32,000 nucleotides of DNA from assembly GCF_000283555.1 (NCBI RefSeq), contig NC_016012.1:870001-902000 (forward strand). The letters run 5' to 3'. Of this stretch, positions 8,120 through 17,710 are shown piece after piece (position 1 is the first letter of the stretch; every line of letters begins with the position of its first letter). Made by a program: the position numbers and the translations under genes. Source of the DNA: Candidatus Arthromitus sp. SFB-rat-Yit. GTDB taxonomy: Bacteria > Bacillota > Clostridia > Clostridiales > Clostridiaceae. Under the pieces are notes generated by a model. It was given only the letters and a program-made list of their open reading frames with translations, searched no databases and was not told the origin of the DNA.

Positions 8120-8150
8120 AAAAAGCAAGTACGATATGTACTTGCTTTTT
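8120..8150. terminator. Bidirectional terminator between secreted-protein member 4 and the ABC exporter genes
   Basis: AAAAAGCAAGTAC-GATAT-GTACTTGCTTTTT, perfect 13-bp stem. Confidence 0.92.
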
Positions 8151-8163
8151 ATATCTTTGAGCT

Positions 8164-9975
8164 TTAAGCATTCTCCTCAAACTGACTATTATAAAGATCA
8201 GCATAAGAACCATTTTGAGCCATAAGCTCATCATGATTACCATGTTCAATTATATTACCTTGTTTCATTACAAGTATTAAATCAGAATCTTTTATTGTTG
8301 AAAGTCTGTGAGCAATAACAAAGCTTGTTCTACCTTCCATAAGATTCCTCATAGCTTTTTGAATTAACGCTTCCGTTCTTGTATCTACGTTACTTGTAGC
8401 CTCATCAAGAATAAGAATCTTCGGATCAGCAACAATCGCTCTAGCAATAGTTAAAAGTTGCTTTTGACCTTGTGATATATTTGACGCATCCTCATTTAAT
8501 ACTGTATCATACCCATTTTCAAACAATCTTATAAAATCATCCGTATGTGCTGCCTTAGATGACTCTATTATTCGTTCATCTGTCGCACCATCCAAACTAT
8601 AAGATAAATTTTCTTTTATGGTACCATTAAAAAGCCAAGTATCTTGAAGAACCATTCCAAAGTTACTTCTCAAATAATCCCTGGTCATGTCATTAATATC
8701 TACTCCATCAATCTTAATACTTCCACCATTTATATCATAAAAACGCATTAAAAGATTTATAAGAGTTGTCTTACCTGCACCAGTATGACCAACAATAGCT
8801 ACTTTTTGCCCTGGCTTAACCTCAAAACTAATATTATTCATAAGAGGTTTATCTGGATTGTATCCAAATTTAACATTTTCAAAAACAACTCTACCATGAA
8901 CATCTGGTATCCTAGCATCTTTAGTAGACTCTGGAGTAAGTTCTTCTTCGTCTAAAAATTCAAATACCCTTTCTGCAGCTGCTAAAGTTGATTGAAATAA
9001 ACTTGCAATACTTGCAATTTGGTTTATTGGCATTCCAAACTGTCTTGAATATTGAATAAATGCTTGAATATCACCTATTCCAATCTTCCCTATTATGCTG
9101 AAGTATCCTCCAATTATAGCTATAATAATATAGTTTATGTTATTAATAAACATCATTACAGGCATTATAATTCCAGATATAAATTGAGCTTTCCAACCGC
9201 TTTCATATAAACTTTCATTAATTTCATCAAATCTTTTAACATTATTTGGCTCACGTCCAAAAGCTTTCACAACATTATGTCCAGAATACATCTCTTCAAT
9301 GTATCCATTAAGCTCACCTACGGTCTTTTGCTGGCTCTTAAAATATTTTTGTGACTTGCCAACTAAAGGTTTTATAAGATTAGTCCCAATAAACAAAATT
9401 AAAATAGTAAGTATCGTCATTATAGGACTTATCGTTATCATAGCAATTATAACTCCAACTATAGTTATAACCGAAGAAATAAATTGAGTTAAGTTCTCTT
9501 GAAGTGTTGTCGCAATTAACTCTATGTCATTAGTCAAACGACTTAAAATTTCTCCATGTGTTTTGGTATCATAATAATTCAAAGGAATTCTAGAAATCTT
9601 TAGATCCACATCTTTCCTCAAATCATACATAGTACTTTGTCCAAAACCAGCCATTATATAGTTCTGCAAATAAGTAAATAAACATCCTAAAGAATAAAGG
9701 ACAATAAGTATTAGAATTATCTTCCCTATAAATTGAAAATCAATACCACCCATGCCTGTTGCTATTCTAATAGCACCATCAAACACTTCATTTATAGCCT
9801 TACCCATAATTTTTGGACCAACAATATTAAATACTTGACCTATTATAGCAAAAACAATAATCACTATTAAAATCCACAATCTAGGTTTAAAATATCCAAA
9901 TAATCTCTTAGCAGTTCCTTTAGATGGTTTAGATTTTTTAATTTCCGAGAAATGTCCTACATCTTGTTTCCTCAT
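8164..9975 (-). CDS. ABC exporter half-transporter (TMD-NBD), canonical Walker B subunit
   Basis: Walker A GHTGAGKT, signature ISQGQ, Walker B ILILDEATSNVD, H-loop AHRLST. Confidence 0.93.
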   Translation of the reverse strand: MRKQDVGHFSEIKKSKPSKGTAKRLFGYFKPRLWILIVIIVFAIIGQVFNIVGPKIMGKAINEVFDGAIRIATGMGGIDFQFIGKIILILIVLYSLGCLFTYLQNYIMAGFGQSTMYDLRKDVDLKISRIPLNYYDTKTHGEILSRLTNDIELIATTLQENLTQFISSVITIVGVIIAMITISPIMTILTILILFIGTNLIKPLVGKSQKYFKSQQKTVGELNGYIEEMYSGHNVVKAFGREPNNVKRFDEINESLYESGWKAQFISGIIMPVMMFINNINYIIIAIIGGYFSIIGKIGIGDIQAFIQYSRQFGMPINQIASIASLFQSTLAAAERVFEFLDEEELTPESTKDARIPDVHGRVVFENVKFGYNPDKPLMNNISFEVKPGQKVAIVGHTGAGKTTLINLLMRFYDINGGSIKIDGVDINDMTRDYLRSNFGMVLQDTWLFNGTIKENLSYSLDGATDERIIESSKAAHTDDFIRLFENGYDTVLNEDASNISQGQKQLLTIARAIVADPKILILDEATSNVDTRTEALIQKAMRNLMEGRTSFVIAHRLSTIKDSDLILVMKQGNIIEHGNHDELMAQNGSYADLYNSQFEENA

Positions 9976-11702
9976 GACAATTCCTCCTCTGATAATTGAG
10001 ATTTTGCGATTTCTCTATATACTTCACAATTATTAAGTAATTCTTTGTGCGTACCTATTCCAACAACTCTACCATTATCCATTACAATAATTTTATCTGA
10101 ATGCATTACGGAAGTTACTCTTTGCCCTACAATTAAAATGATTGCATTTTTTATATTCTCTTTAAGAGCAGCTCTCAATTTAGAATCTGTTTTAAAATCC
10201 AATGCAGAGAAACTATCATCAAACATATAAATTTTTGAATCTCTAACCAAAGCTCTTGCTATTGACAATCTCTGTTTCTGTCCTCCAGAAAAATTAGTTC
10301 CACCTTGAGCTACATAAGAATCAATTCCATCTTCAAGATTACTAACAAACTCATGAGCTTGAGCAATCTTAAGAGCCCTCTCGAATCTTTCATCTGTCGC
10401 AGATTCATCACCATATTTCAAGTTAGATCTTATAGTACCAGAAAATAATACTGCCTTTTGGGGCACATATCCTATACTTTCCCTCAATTCTTTCTGAGTT
10501 ATATCTTTAATATCAACTCCATTTAAAAGTATTTTACCTTTAGTAACTTCATAAAATCTTGAAATAAGATTTAATATAGTACTTTTACCCGATCCTGTAC
10601 CCCCAATTATCGCAACTGTATCACCTGACTTACATTCAAAATCTATATTTTCAAGATCATATTCTCCAGTATTATTATAAGAAAAACTAACATTATCAAA
10701 TTTTAAAGTAACCTCATTTGAATCACTTAGTTTCTTAACATTCTCTATATCATTTATAGAAAAATCTGTTTCTAAAACTTCATTTATACGTTTTGCAGAA
10801 GAAATAGCTTTCGGTATCATCGCAAAAAGCATGAAAAATATCATAAGTGAAATCATAATCTGATTTGAATATTGTATAAATGCAATTAAATCTCCAACCA
10901 TAAGAGTACTATCAGCAACTCTATAACTTCCAAACCAAACAACAGCTAAAGAGTTAAAATAAAATATGAGAAACATTATTGGTATTAACTTTGCAAAAAT
11001 ACGATATGCCTTCGTAACCGAATTACTCAAATCCCTATTTGCATCATCAAATCTATTTTCTTCATATTTTTGCTTATTAAAAGCTCTAATAACTCTTATC
11101 CCCGTTAAATTTTCTCTCGAAATCAAATTAACTTTATCAAGTTTCTTTTGTATTTTAGAAAATAACTTAATCGCCTTTTTCCCTATCATAAATACAACTA
11201 TAAAAAGTATCGGTATTGATATCAAAAGTATGATTGATAATTTAATATCTGTATACATTGAAACAATCAAACCACCTATAGCAGTCATAGGTCCAAGTAT
11301 CATCATTCTTAACATCAATAATGTCATATTCTGAACCTGAGTTATATCATTAGTTGTTCTAGTTATAAGTGATGCAACTCCAAACTTATCTACTTCTTTA
11401 GAAGAAAAACTTTGAACTTTAATAAATACCCTTCTTCTTATTTCTTGTCCAAATTTAACAGAAATTCTAGATGACAATAGTATTGATAATAAAGATACTA
11501 TAATAGAAATCGAAATAACCACTAACATTTTCAATGCCTGAATGCCTATGATTCCCATATCTTTATTTACTATTCCTTCATCTACAACCTTTGACATTAT
11601 ATTTGGTAGCAATAATTCCATCATCGATTGTGCGAAAATAAGAAAAAATATAAGTAAAATCATGAACTTATATTTTTTAAGATATTTAAACAAAGATAAC
11701 AT
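9972..11702 (-). CDS. ABC exporter half-transporter (TMD-NBD), degenerate-site subunit
   Basis: Walker A GGTGSGKS, signature FSGGQ, Walker B IYMFDDSFSALD (Asp instead of catalytic Glu), switch-loop GQRVTS; 4-nt overlap with partner gene. Confidence 0.93.
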   Translation of the reverse strand: MLSLFKYLKKYKFMILLIFFLIFAQSMMELLLPNIMSKVVDEGIVNKDMGIIGIQALKMLVVISISIIVSLLSILLSSRISVKFGQEIRRRVFIKVQSFSSKEVDKFGVASLITRTTNDITQVQNMTLLMLRMMILGPMTAIGGLIVSMYTDIKLSIILLISIPILFIVVFMIGKKAIKLFSKIQKKLDKVNLISRENLTGIRVIRAFNKQKYEENRFDDANRDLSNSVTKAYRIFAKLIPIMFLIFYFNSLAVVWFGSYRVADSTLMVGDLIAFIQYSNQIMISLMIFFMLFAMIPKAISSAKRINEVLETDFSINDIENVKKLSDSNEVTLKFDNVSFSYNNTGEYDLENIDFECKSGDTVAIIGGTGSGKSTILNLISRFYEVTKGKILLNGVDIKDITQKELRESIGYVPQKAVLFSGTIRSNLKYGDESATDERFERALKIAQAHEFVSNLEDGIDSYVAQGGTNFSGGQKQRLSIARALVRDSKIYMFDDSFSALDFKTDSKLRAALKENIKNAIILIVGQRVTSVMHSDKIIVMDNGRVVGIGTHKELLNNCEVYREIAKSQLSEEELS

Positions 11703-12164
11703 TTTTTCACCCTCCTTAATCTTAATAATTTATAGCAATTAGACTATTATATCAATTTAAAAATAAAATTTGGTTTCAAATAGGTTAAATTTATTTATTA
11801 ACCAAAAATTTTTAACTTTATTCAAACATGTAAAATCTTTTCTACTAATAACGCAAAAAACATTTTTTATGTAAAAAATTTATCTAAGTTAATTAAAACG
11901 AAATTTCATTTATTTTATGTGAATCAGGAAATTTATTTTTTAGCACAAATTTATTTAATTCCATCAGTTTTATTTTTGGCAATTTCGAATTCACGTAAAA
12001 TATTTGAGATTTTGTTTTAAATTAAATTTTTTATGATGATGTAATCGTTAAACTAAACCATAAATTTCACATATTTTTAATGATAGTTTTTTAAAAATAT
12101 GTTAAAATTAAAACATAATATTGGATAAATTTTGATGTATACTTAAGGTTTTGGAGGTAATTTA

Positions 12165-13901
12165 ATGATTGAGGTAATTATAAATGATAAAAAAATATCA
12201 TCTGAAAAAGGAAAAACCATTTTGCAAATAGCTAAAGATAATAATATAGAAATTAAAACATTGTGTTTTCTAGAGGATTGTCTAAATGTAAATCGTTGTG
12301 GTACTTGTATGGTTGAAATTGAAGGAAGTGGGGATGTCGTTCATGCTTGCTCAACTCTAGCTGAAGATGGAATGTCAATAAGAACAGACAGCGAAAAAGT
12401 GTCCGAAAAAATAAAAGAGAATATATCAAAAATTCTCGATTCTCATAACTTTACTTGTGGTAAATGTAAACGTCGTGAAACTTGTGAACTCTTACCTTTG
12501 GTTGTTCAAACCAAAGCTAGAGCATCCAAACCATTTATTGTAAAAAATCATGAAGAATACATAGACAATAGAAGTAAATCTATAGTTTTAGATAGATCAA
12601 GATGTATAAAATGCGGAAGATGTGTTGCAACTTGTAAAGAACGAGTTGGAACTGATTCAATAATTTTTCATGATGTAAATGGTGAAATTGTTGTTGGTCC
12701 ACAACATTTAGATTGTTTTGATGATACAAACTGTATACTTTGTGGACAGTGCGTAAATATTTGCCCTGTTGATGCTCTATATGAAAAATCACACATTGAA
12801 AGAGTAAAGGAGGCTCTTGAAAATCCAGATATTCATGTTATAGCAGCTATGGCCCCATCCGTTAGAACTTCTTTAGGTGAATTATTTAAGATGGATTACG
12901 GAATAGATGTTACAAATAAAATTTACACTGCTTTAAGAAAAATTGGATTCGATAAAATATTTGATATAAATTTCGGTGCAGATTTAACTATAATGGAGGA
13001 AGCAACAGAATTTGCAAACAAAATAAGAAGTAACAATACAAATTTCCCAATGTTTACATCCTGCTGTCCTGCTTGGGTAAGACTCGCTGAAAATCATTTT
13101 CCAGAACTTTTGGATAATCTTTCTTCAACAAAATCACCTCAACAAATTTTCGGTGCTGCAAGTAAGTCATACTACCCTTCAATAGAAAATCTTGATCCAA
13201 AAAAAGTATTTACTGTAACTATAATGCCTTGTACTGCTAAGAAATTTGAGGCAGATAGACCTGAGATGATTAATAACGGAGTGCGAAATATTGATGCTGT
13301 TATAACTACTCGTGAGTTTGGAAGAATGTTAAAAGAATTAAAAATAGATTTCGCATCTCTTGAAGATGGAGAATTAGATGAGGCTATGGGACTTTATACC
13401 GGTGCTGGAGCAATCTTTGGAGTTACTGGTGGAGTTATGGAAGCAGCCTTAAGAAGTGCGAAAGATATGCTTGAAAATAAAGATCTTGATAAAATTGAAT
13501 ATAAAGATGTTCGTGGATTCGAAGGAATTAAAGAAGCAACTGTTGAAATTAACAATAAAGAATATAACGTAGCCGTTGTTAATGGTGCATCTAACTTCTT
13601 CAAAATGATGAAAGACAATCTTCTTGATAAAAAACAATATCACTTTATCGAAGTCATGGCTTGTTATGGTGGATGTATAAATGGTGGAGGGCAACCTTAT
13701 GTTACACCTAAAATGAGAAACAAAATTGATTACAAAAAATTACGTGGAAATGTCCTATATAATCAAGACAAAAATTTAAAATATAGAAAATCACACCAAA
13801 ACCCTGCCTTATTAAAAATGTATAAAACTTACATGGGAACACCTGGTGAAGGATTAGCACACGAAATATTGCACCAAAAATACAAAAAGAAAGAGAATTA
13901 A
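12165..13901 (+). CDS. hydA: [FeFe] hydrogenase catalytic subunit HydA, monomeric multi-cluster type
   Basis: N-terminal 2Fe-2S domain, HNFTCGKCKRRETC cluster motif, two CxxCxxCxxxC ferredoxin motifs, H-cluster motifs TSCCPAW, MPCTAKKFE, ACYGGCINGGGQP; SD GGAGGT. Confidence 0.97.
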   Translation: MIEVIINDKKISSEKGKTILQIAKDNNIEIKTLCFLEDCLNVNRCGTCMVEIEGSGDVVHACSTLAEDGMSIRTDSEKVSEKIKENISKILDSHNFTCGKCKRRETCELLPLVVQTKARASKPFIVKNHEEYIDNRSKSIVLDRSRCIKCGRCVATCKERVGTDSIIFHDVNGEIVVGPQHLDCFDDTNCILCGQCVNICPVDALYEKSHIERVKEALENPDIHVIAAMAPSVRTSLGELFKMDYGIDVTNKIYTALRKIGFDKIFDINFGADLTIMEEATEFANKIRSNNTNFPMFTSCCPAWVRLAENHFPELLDNLSSTKSPQQIFGAASKSYYPSIENLDPKKVFTVTIMPCTAKKFEADRPEMINNGVRNIDAVITTREFGRMLKELKIDFASLEDGELDEAMGLYTGAGAIFGVTGGVMEAALRSAKDMLENKDLDKIEYKDVRGFEGIKEATVEINNKEYNVAVVNGASNFFKMMKDNLLDKKQYHFIEVMACYGGCINGGGQPYVTPKMRNKIDYKKLRGNVLYNQDKNLKYRKSHQNPALLKMYKTYMGTPGEGLAHEILHQKYKKKEN

Positions 13902-13918
13902 ATATTCTCTTTCTTTTT
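13884..13918. terminator. Bidirectional terminator embedded in the 3' ends of hydA and hydF
   Basis: AAAAAGAAAGAGAAT-TAAAT-ATTCTCTTTCTTTTT, perfect 15-bp stem, 5-nt loop. Confidence 0.8.
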
Positions 13919-15100
13919 AAATATCTCTATCGCTCTATCAAGTATTCCAGTCAAATAGGCTATTACAACTCCATAATTTGTGATACTAATCCCTTTCTCT
14001 CCACAAAAATTAACACGATTAATAACACTTTTCCTATTTATCATACAGGCACCGCAATGTATAACCAAATCATACTCATCAAGATTATCAGGAAAATCAT
14101 TACCAACATAAAAATCATATTTTAATTCATAACCAACATGCTTATTTAACAATTTTGGGATTTTAAACCTCCCAATATCTTCATGTGAAACATTATGACT
14201 ACAACTCTCTGCAATCAATATTTTTGAATCTTTGTTCAATTCTTCAATCTTTCTAACTCCATCAACAAAACTTTTTAAATTCCCTTTATGCCTTGCAAAC
14301 AAAATTGAAAAACTGGTTAAAGGTATATTTTTTGGCACAACTTCCGAAACTTTTTTAAAAACTTGAGAATCTGTTATAACAAGATCAATATCTTTCAAAT
14401 CCTTCAGTCCATCTTCAAGTTCTGTATCTCTTAAAACATAGCTTTTTATCCCATGATCCAAACAATCACGAATACATTGAACTTGTGGAAGAATTATTCT
14501 ACCCTTTGGTGCCTCGGAATCTATAGGTACAACCATAACAACCTTACTATTATAAGGAAGAATATCTCCAATTATTGGAATTTCATACTCAGATTCACTA
14601 AAAATTTGGATAATTCTATTTTTTAAATTTTCAATACCTTCACCACTCTCGGTTGATACAAATATAAAATCATTAAAATCTTTAGAAATCTCTTCACGAT
14701 CCGAATCTTTTAATAAATCAGCTTTATTTATAACAACAATATGAGGAACATTAAATTTTTTAAAATTAATCCTCATTTTCTCATACGAATCTTTATCCAA
14801 ATCCATACAATCAAAAACATATATAGAAAGATCTACTCTCTTTAAAGTATCATATGTTTTGTTAAATCTTAAACTCCCAAGTTCACTATCATCGTCACTC
14901 CCAGCTGTATCTATAAATAAAACAGGCCCTATCGGTATAAATTCCATTGGTTTTGAAACTGGATCTGTCGTAGTGCCACCTATTGGTGAAACAATGGAAA
15001 CATTTTGATCCATAATTTTATTAATTAAAGAAGATTTTCCAACATTTGTTTTCCCATAAATCCCAATGTGCTTTCTATTAGCATTCGGAGTACTAAACAT
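13898..15100 (-). CDS. hydF: [FeFe] hydrogenase H-cluster maturation GTPase HydF
   Basis: GKTNVGKSS P-loop, DTAGSDD, NKADLL, C-terminal Fe-S ligands CSHNVSHED...HCGACM. Confidence 0.95.
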   Translation of the reverse strand: MFSTPNANRKHIGIYGKTNVGKSSLINKIMDQNVSIVSPIGGTTTDPVSKPMEFIPIGPVLFIDTAGSDDDSELGSLRFNKTYDTLKRVDLSIYVFDCMDLDKDSYEKMRINFKKFNVPHIVVINKADLLKDSDREEISKDFNDFIFVSTESGEGIENLKNRIIQIFSESEYEIPIIGDILPYNSKVVMVVPIDSEAPKGRIILPQVQCIRDCLDHGIKSYVLRDTELEDGLKDLKDIDLVITDSQVFKKVSEVVPKNIPLTSFSILFARHKGNLKSFVDGVRKIEELNKDSKILIAESCSHNVSHEDIGRFKIPKLLNKHVGYELKYDFYVGNDFPDNLDEYDLVIHCGACMINRKSVINRVNFCGEKGISITNYGVVIAYLTGILDRAIEIFKKKENI

Positions 15101-16469
15101 ATAAATCTCTTTCTCCCTTCCTTAATCTATCTATCCTATCTTCAACCATATCACGCACATGCTTCTTTTCAAAATCATTTTTAATATTATCAATAAGTCC
15201 ATTAACTTGATTCATAATCTCATCATCACCATAATCAAGTGCATATTCTACTAAACTCATCAAAGCATTCGGTTCACAAACATTTTGTATTTGCCCAGTC
15301 TTAGCAAGACTCATAAATCTTTCACCAGTTCTACCCTTTCTATAACAAGCAGTACAATAACTAGGAATGTAACCATCATTCACAAGTTCCTTTAAAACTT
15401 CGAGAGGACTTCTATCATCACAAGTTTCAAACTGGTTAACATTTTTTCTATCCTCTTTTTCTTTATATCCACCAACTCCTGTTACAGAACCTGCACTAAT
15501 TTGAGAAACACCATATCTAAGAAGTTCTCTCCTCATTTCCTTATTTTCCCTAGTAGACAGAATTATACCAGTAAACGGAACAGCTATCCTTATGACCGCA
15601 ACAATTTTTTTGAAAGTTTCGTCATCTAAAACATTTGGAAAATCCTCGAGATTCATTCCTTCAGCCTTTTTAAGACGTGGTACAGAGATTGTATGAAAAC
15701 CTACTTTAAACTTTTCTTCCAAATACTCATTATGTAACATAAGTGCCAAAACCTCAAATTTAGGATCAGCTAAACCAAATAAAACCCCCGCACCAACATC
15801 ATCAATTCCTGCTTCCATAGCTCTGTCAAATGAATTCAAATGATAATTATAATCTCCCTTTATTGATTTCGGATGCATCTTTTCATATGTTGGCTTGTGA
15901 TAAGTTTCTTGAAACAATATATAAGTTCCTATGTTCGCATCTTTCAACTTTCTATAATTTTCAACAGTAGTAGCTGCAATATTTACATTTATACGTCTAA
16001 TCTCTCCATTATCATTTTGAGTTTTATAAATAGTATCAATACATTCTAAAATATAATCAATAGGAACATTTATAGGATCTTCTCCAACTTCAAGTGCAAG
16101 CCTTTTATGCCCCATACTCTCTAAAATCTTAACTTCATTCCTAATCTCATCTTGAGTTAATTTTCTTCTCTCAAATTTGTTATCTCTCCTATAACCACAA
16201 TACAAACAGTTATTAACACAATGATTACTAACATACAACGGAGCAAACATAACTATTCTCTTACCATAAATAGACTCCTTTATCCCTCCTGCAATTTTAT
16301 AAATACTTTCTAATTGATTCTTATCTTCAACCTGAAGAAGTATTGCAACTTCCTTATGATTAAGTCCTTCTTTCTTTTTAGCCTTATCAATTACAAATTG
16401 AACATCATCTTTTGATGCGGATTTGCTTTCATTTAAAATTTTTTCTATATAATCATGATCAATGAACAT
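15093..16469 (-). CDS. hydG: [FeFe] hydrogenase maturation radical SAM enzyme HydG (track start 16502; ATG at 16469 preferred because AGGAGGAG lies just upstream)
   Basis: Radical SAM CVNNCLYCGY; C-terminal CTACYRKGRTG...NVC cluster ligands. Confidence 0.95.
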   Translation of the reverse strand: MFIDHDYIEKILNESKSASKDDVQFVIDKAKKKEGLNHKEVAILLQVEDKNQLESIYKIAGGIKESIYGKRIVMFAPLYVSNHCVNNCLYCGYRRDNKFERRKLTQDEIRNEVKILESMGHKRLALEVGEDPINVPIDYILECIDTIYKTQNDNGEIRRINVNIAATTVENYRKLKDANIGTYILFQETYHKPTYEKMHPKSIKGDYNYHLNSFDRAMEAGIDDVGAGVLFGLADPKFEVLALMLHNEYLEEKFKVGFHTISVPRLKKAEGMNLEDFPNVLDDETFKKIVAVIRIAVPFTGIILSTRENKEMRRELLRYGVSQISAGSVTGVGGYKEKEDRKNVNQFETCDDRSPLEVLKELVNDGYIPSYCTACYRKGRTGERFMSLAKTGQIQNVCEPNALMSLVEYALDYGDDEIMNQVNGLIDNIKNDFEKKHVRDMVEDRIDRLRKGERDLYV

Positions 16470-16491
16470 AACTACTCCTCCTAAATAAAAA

Positions 16492-17601
16492 TTAAAATCC
16501 AAGTATACTATTTATAGAAACTTGTTGTTCATCATACTGTTTAACATCTGGATTATCATGACTCCACTTTACATTGTCACCCCTAGTTATTGCAACCTCA
16601 AAACCCGCATTATTAATTCTTCTCTCTATACATTTTCTACATTCTGCTGCTTCATCACCAGTACAAATTTTACCATCATAAAGAGCATATTTTTCTCTAA
16701 CATTTGTAGGAGATAAATTCGGCATAACAACATTTCCTCCAGCCTTTATTCCCTTTTCTCTTCCTAACTTATCAATACTTCCAAGAGCTGTTGTTGCAGG
16801 TAATAAAACATTAGGTAAAAGCAATCTAACAAGTGCAAGCATAATCACTGTATCTTCCAAAGTTCCAGCTGGATATTCACCAAGAGATGTCTCTTTTTGA
16901 GGTATAAACGGACCAATGCCACACATATGAGGCTCAATTTCCTTAACAAATCTTAAATCCTTAACTAAATCTCTTTTTGTTTGCCTAGGTAATCCAACCA
17001 TAAATCCAGCACCAAACTGATACCCTATCTCTTTAAGATTATAAAGACACTTTATTCTATCTCCAAAAATTTCTCCAGGATGAAGCCACTCATACAATTC
17101 TTTTGAAGCAGTTTCATGCCTTAACAAATATCTATCTGCCCCAGCATCAAACATTTTTTTATAAGAATCATAACTTCTTTCACCTAAAGATAACGTTATT
17201 GCATTATTAGGAAACATTTCCTTAATTCCTCTTATGATTTCAATCATTCTTTCATCAGTAAAATAAGGATCTTCCCCTCCTTGCAACACATAAGTTTTAT
17301 ATCCAAGCCTATCTCCAATAACCGCACACTCCATTATTTGATCATAGGTAAGCCTATATCTATCTGCATTTTTATTTTTACCTTGTATACCACAATACTC
17401 ACAATTTTTCTTACAATAATTCGTAAATTCAATAAGACCTCTCATAAAAACTTTATTCCCATAAGTTCTCATTCTAGTTTCATGTGACTTTTCTATCAAA
17501 TATTCTTTACTATCCTCATCAATATTTTCCAAAATATATAAAAGCTTCTCGTCTGAGAGATTATTAAATTCAAACAACTCATCAATATATCCTTTAATCA
17601 C
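16492..17601 (-). CDS. hydE: [FeFe] hydrogenase maturation radical SAM enzyme HydE
   Basis: Radical SAM CKKNCEYCGI, YVLQGGEDP, GFMVGLPRQT, GIGPFIPQ. Confidence 0.95.
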   Translation of the reverse strand: MIKGYIDELFEFNNLSDEKLLYILENIDEDSKEYLIEKSHETRMRTYGNKVFMRGLIEFTNYCKKNCEYCGIQGKNKNADRYRLTYDQIMECAVIGDRLGYKTYVLQGGEDPYFTDERMIEIIRGIKEMFPNNAITLSLGERSYDSYKKMFDAGADRYLLRHETASKELYEWLHPGEIFGDRIKCLYNLKEIGYQFGAGFMVGLPRQTKRDLVKDLRFVKEIEPHMCGIGPFIPQKETSLGEYPAGTLEDTVIMLALVRLLLPNVLLPATTALGSIDKLGREKGIKAGGNVVMPNLSPTNVREKYALYDGKICTGDEAAECRKCIERRINNAGFEVAITRGDNVKWSHDNPDVKQYDEQQVSINSILGF

Positions 17602-17673
17602 AACAACTCTCCTTAAAATAAAATACTTTAATTTAATTATACATAATATAAACTTTCACTTAAATAAAAATAA

Positions 17674-17694
17674 AGGTTATCCTTAAGATAACCT
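17674..17694 (-). terminator. Terminator downstream of ychF
   Basis: Minus strand AGGTTATC-TTAAG-GATAACCT followed by TTATTTTTATTT. Confidence 0.7.
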
Positions 17695-17710
17695 CAAATA
17701 AAAATTTAAA

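Noticed and set aside
4711-8150. Genomic island inserted at a tRNA gene
   Set aside because: Secreted genes lie immediately downstream of tRNA-Sec, but I see no integrase, transposase or repeat of the tRNA 3' end at the far side.
11703-12164. Riboswitch or small ORF in the long gap upstream of hydA
   Set aside because: The region is extremely AT-rich without GC-containing conserved helices I recognise; only weak inverted repeats are present, reported separately.
13898-13901. Frameshift/assembly error causing the hydA-hydF overlap
   Set aside because: Both proteins are full length and the overlap sits exactly in the loop of a perfect palindrome, so it is best read as a real shared 3' end.
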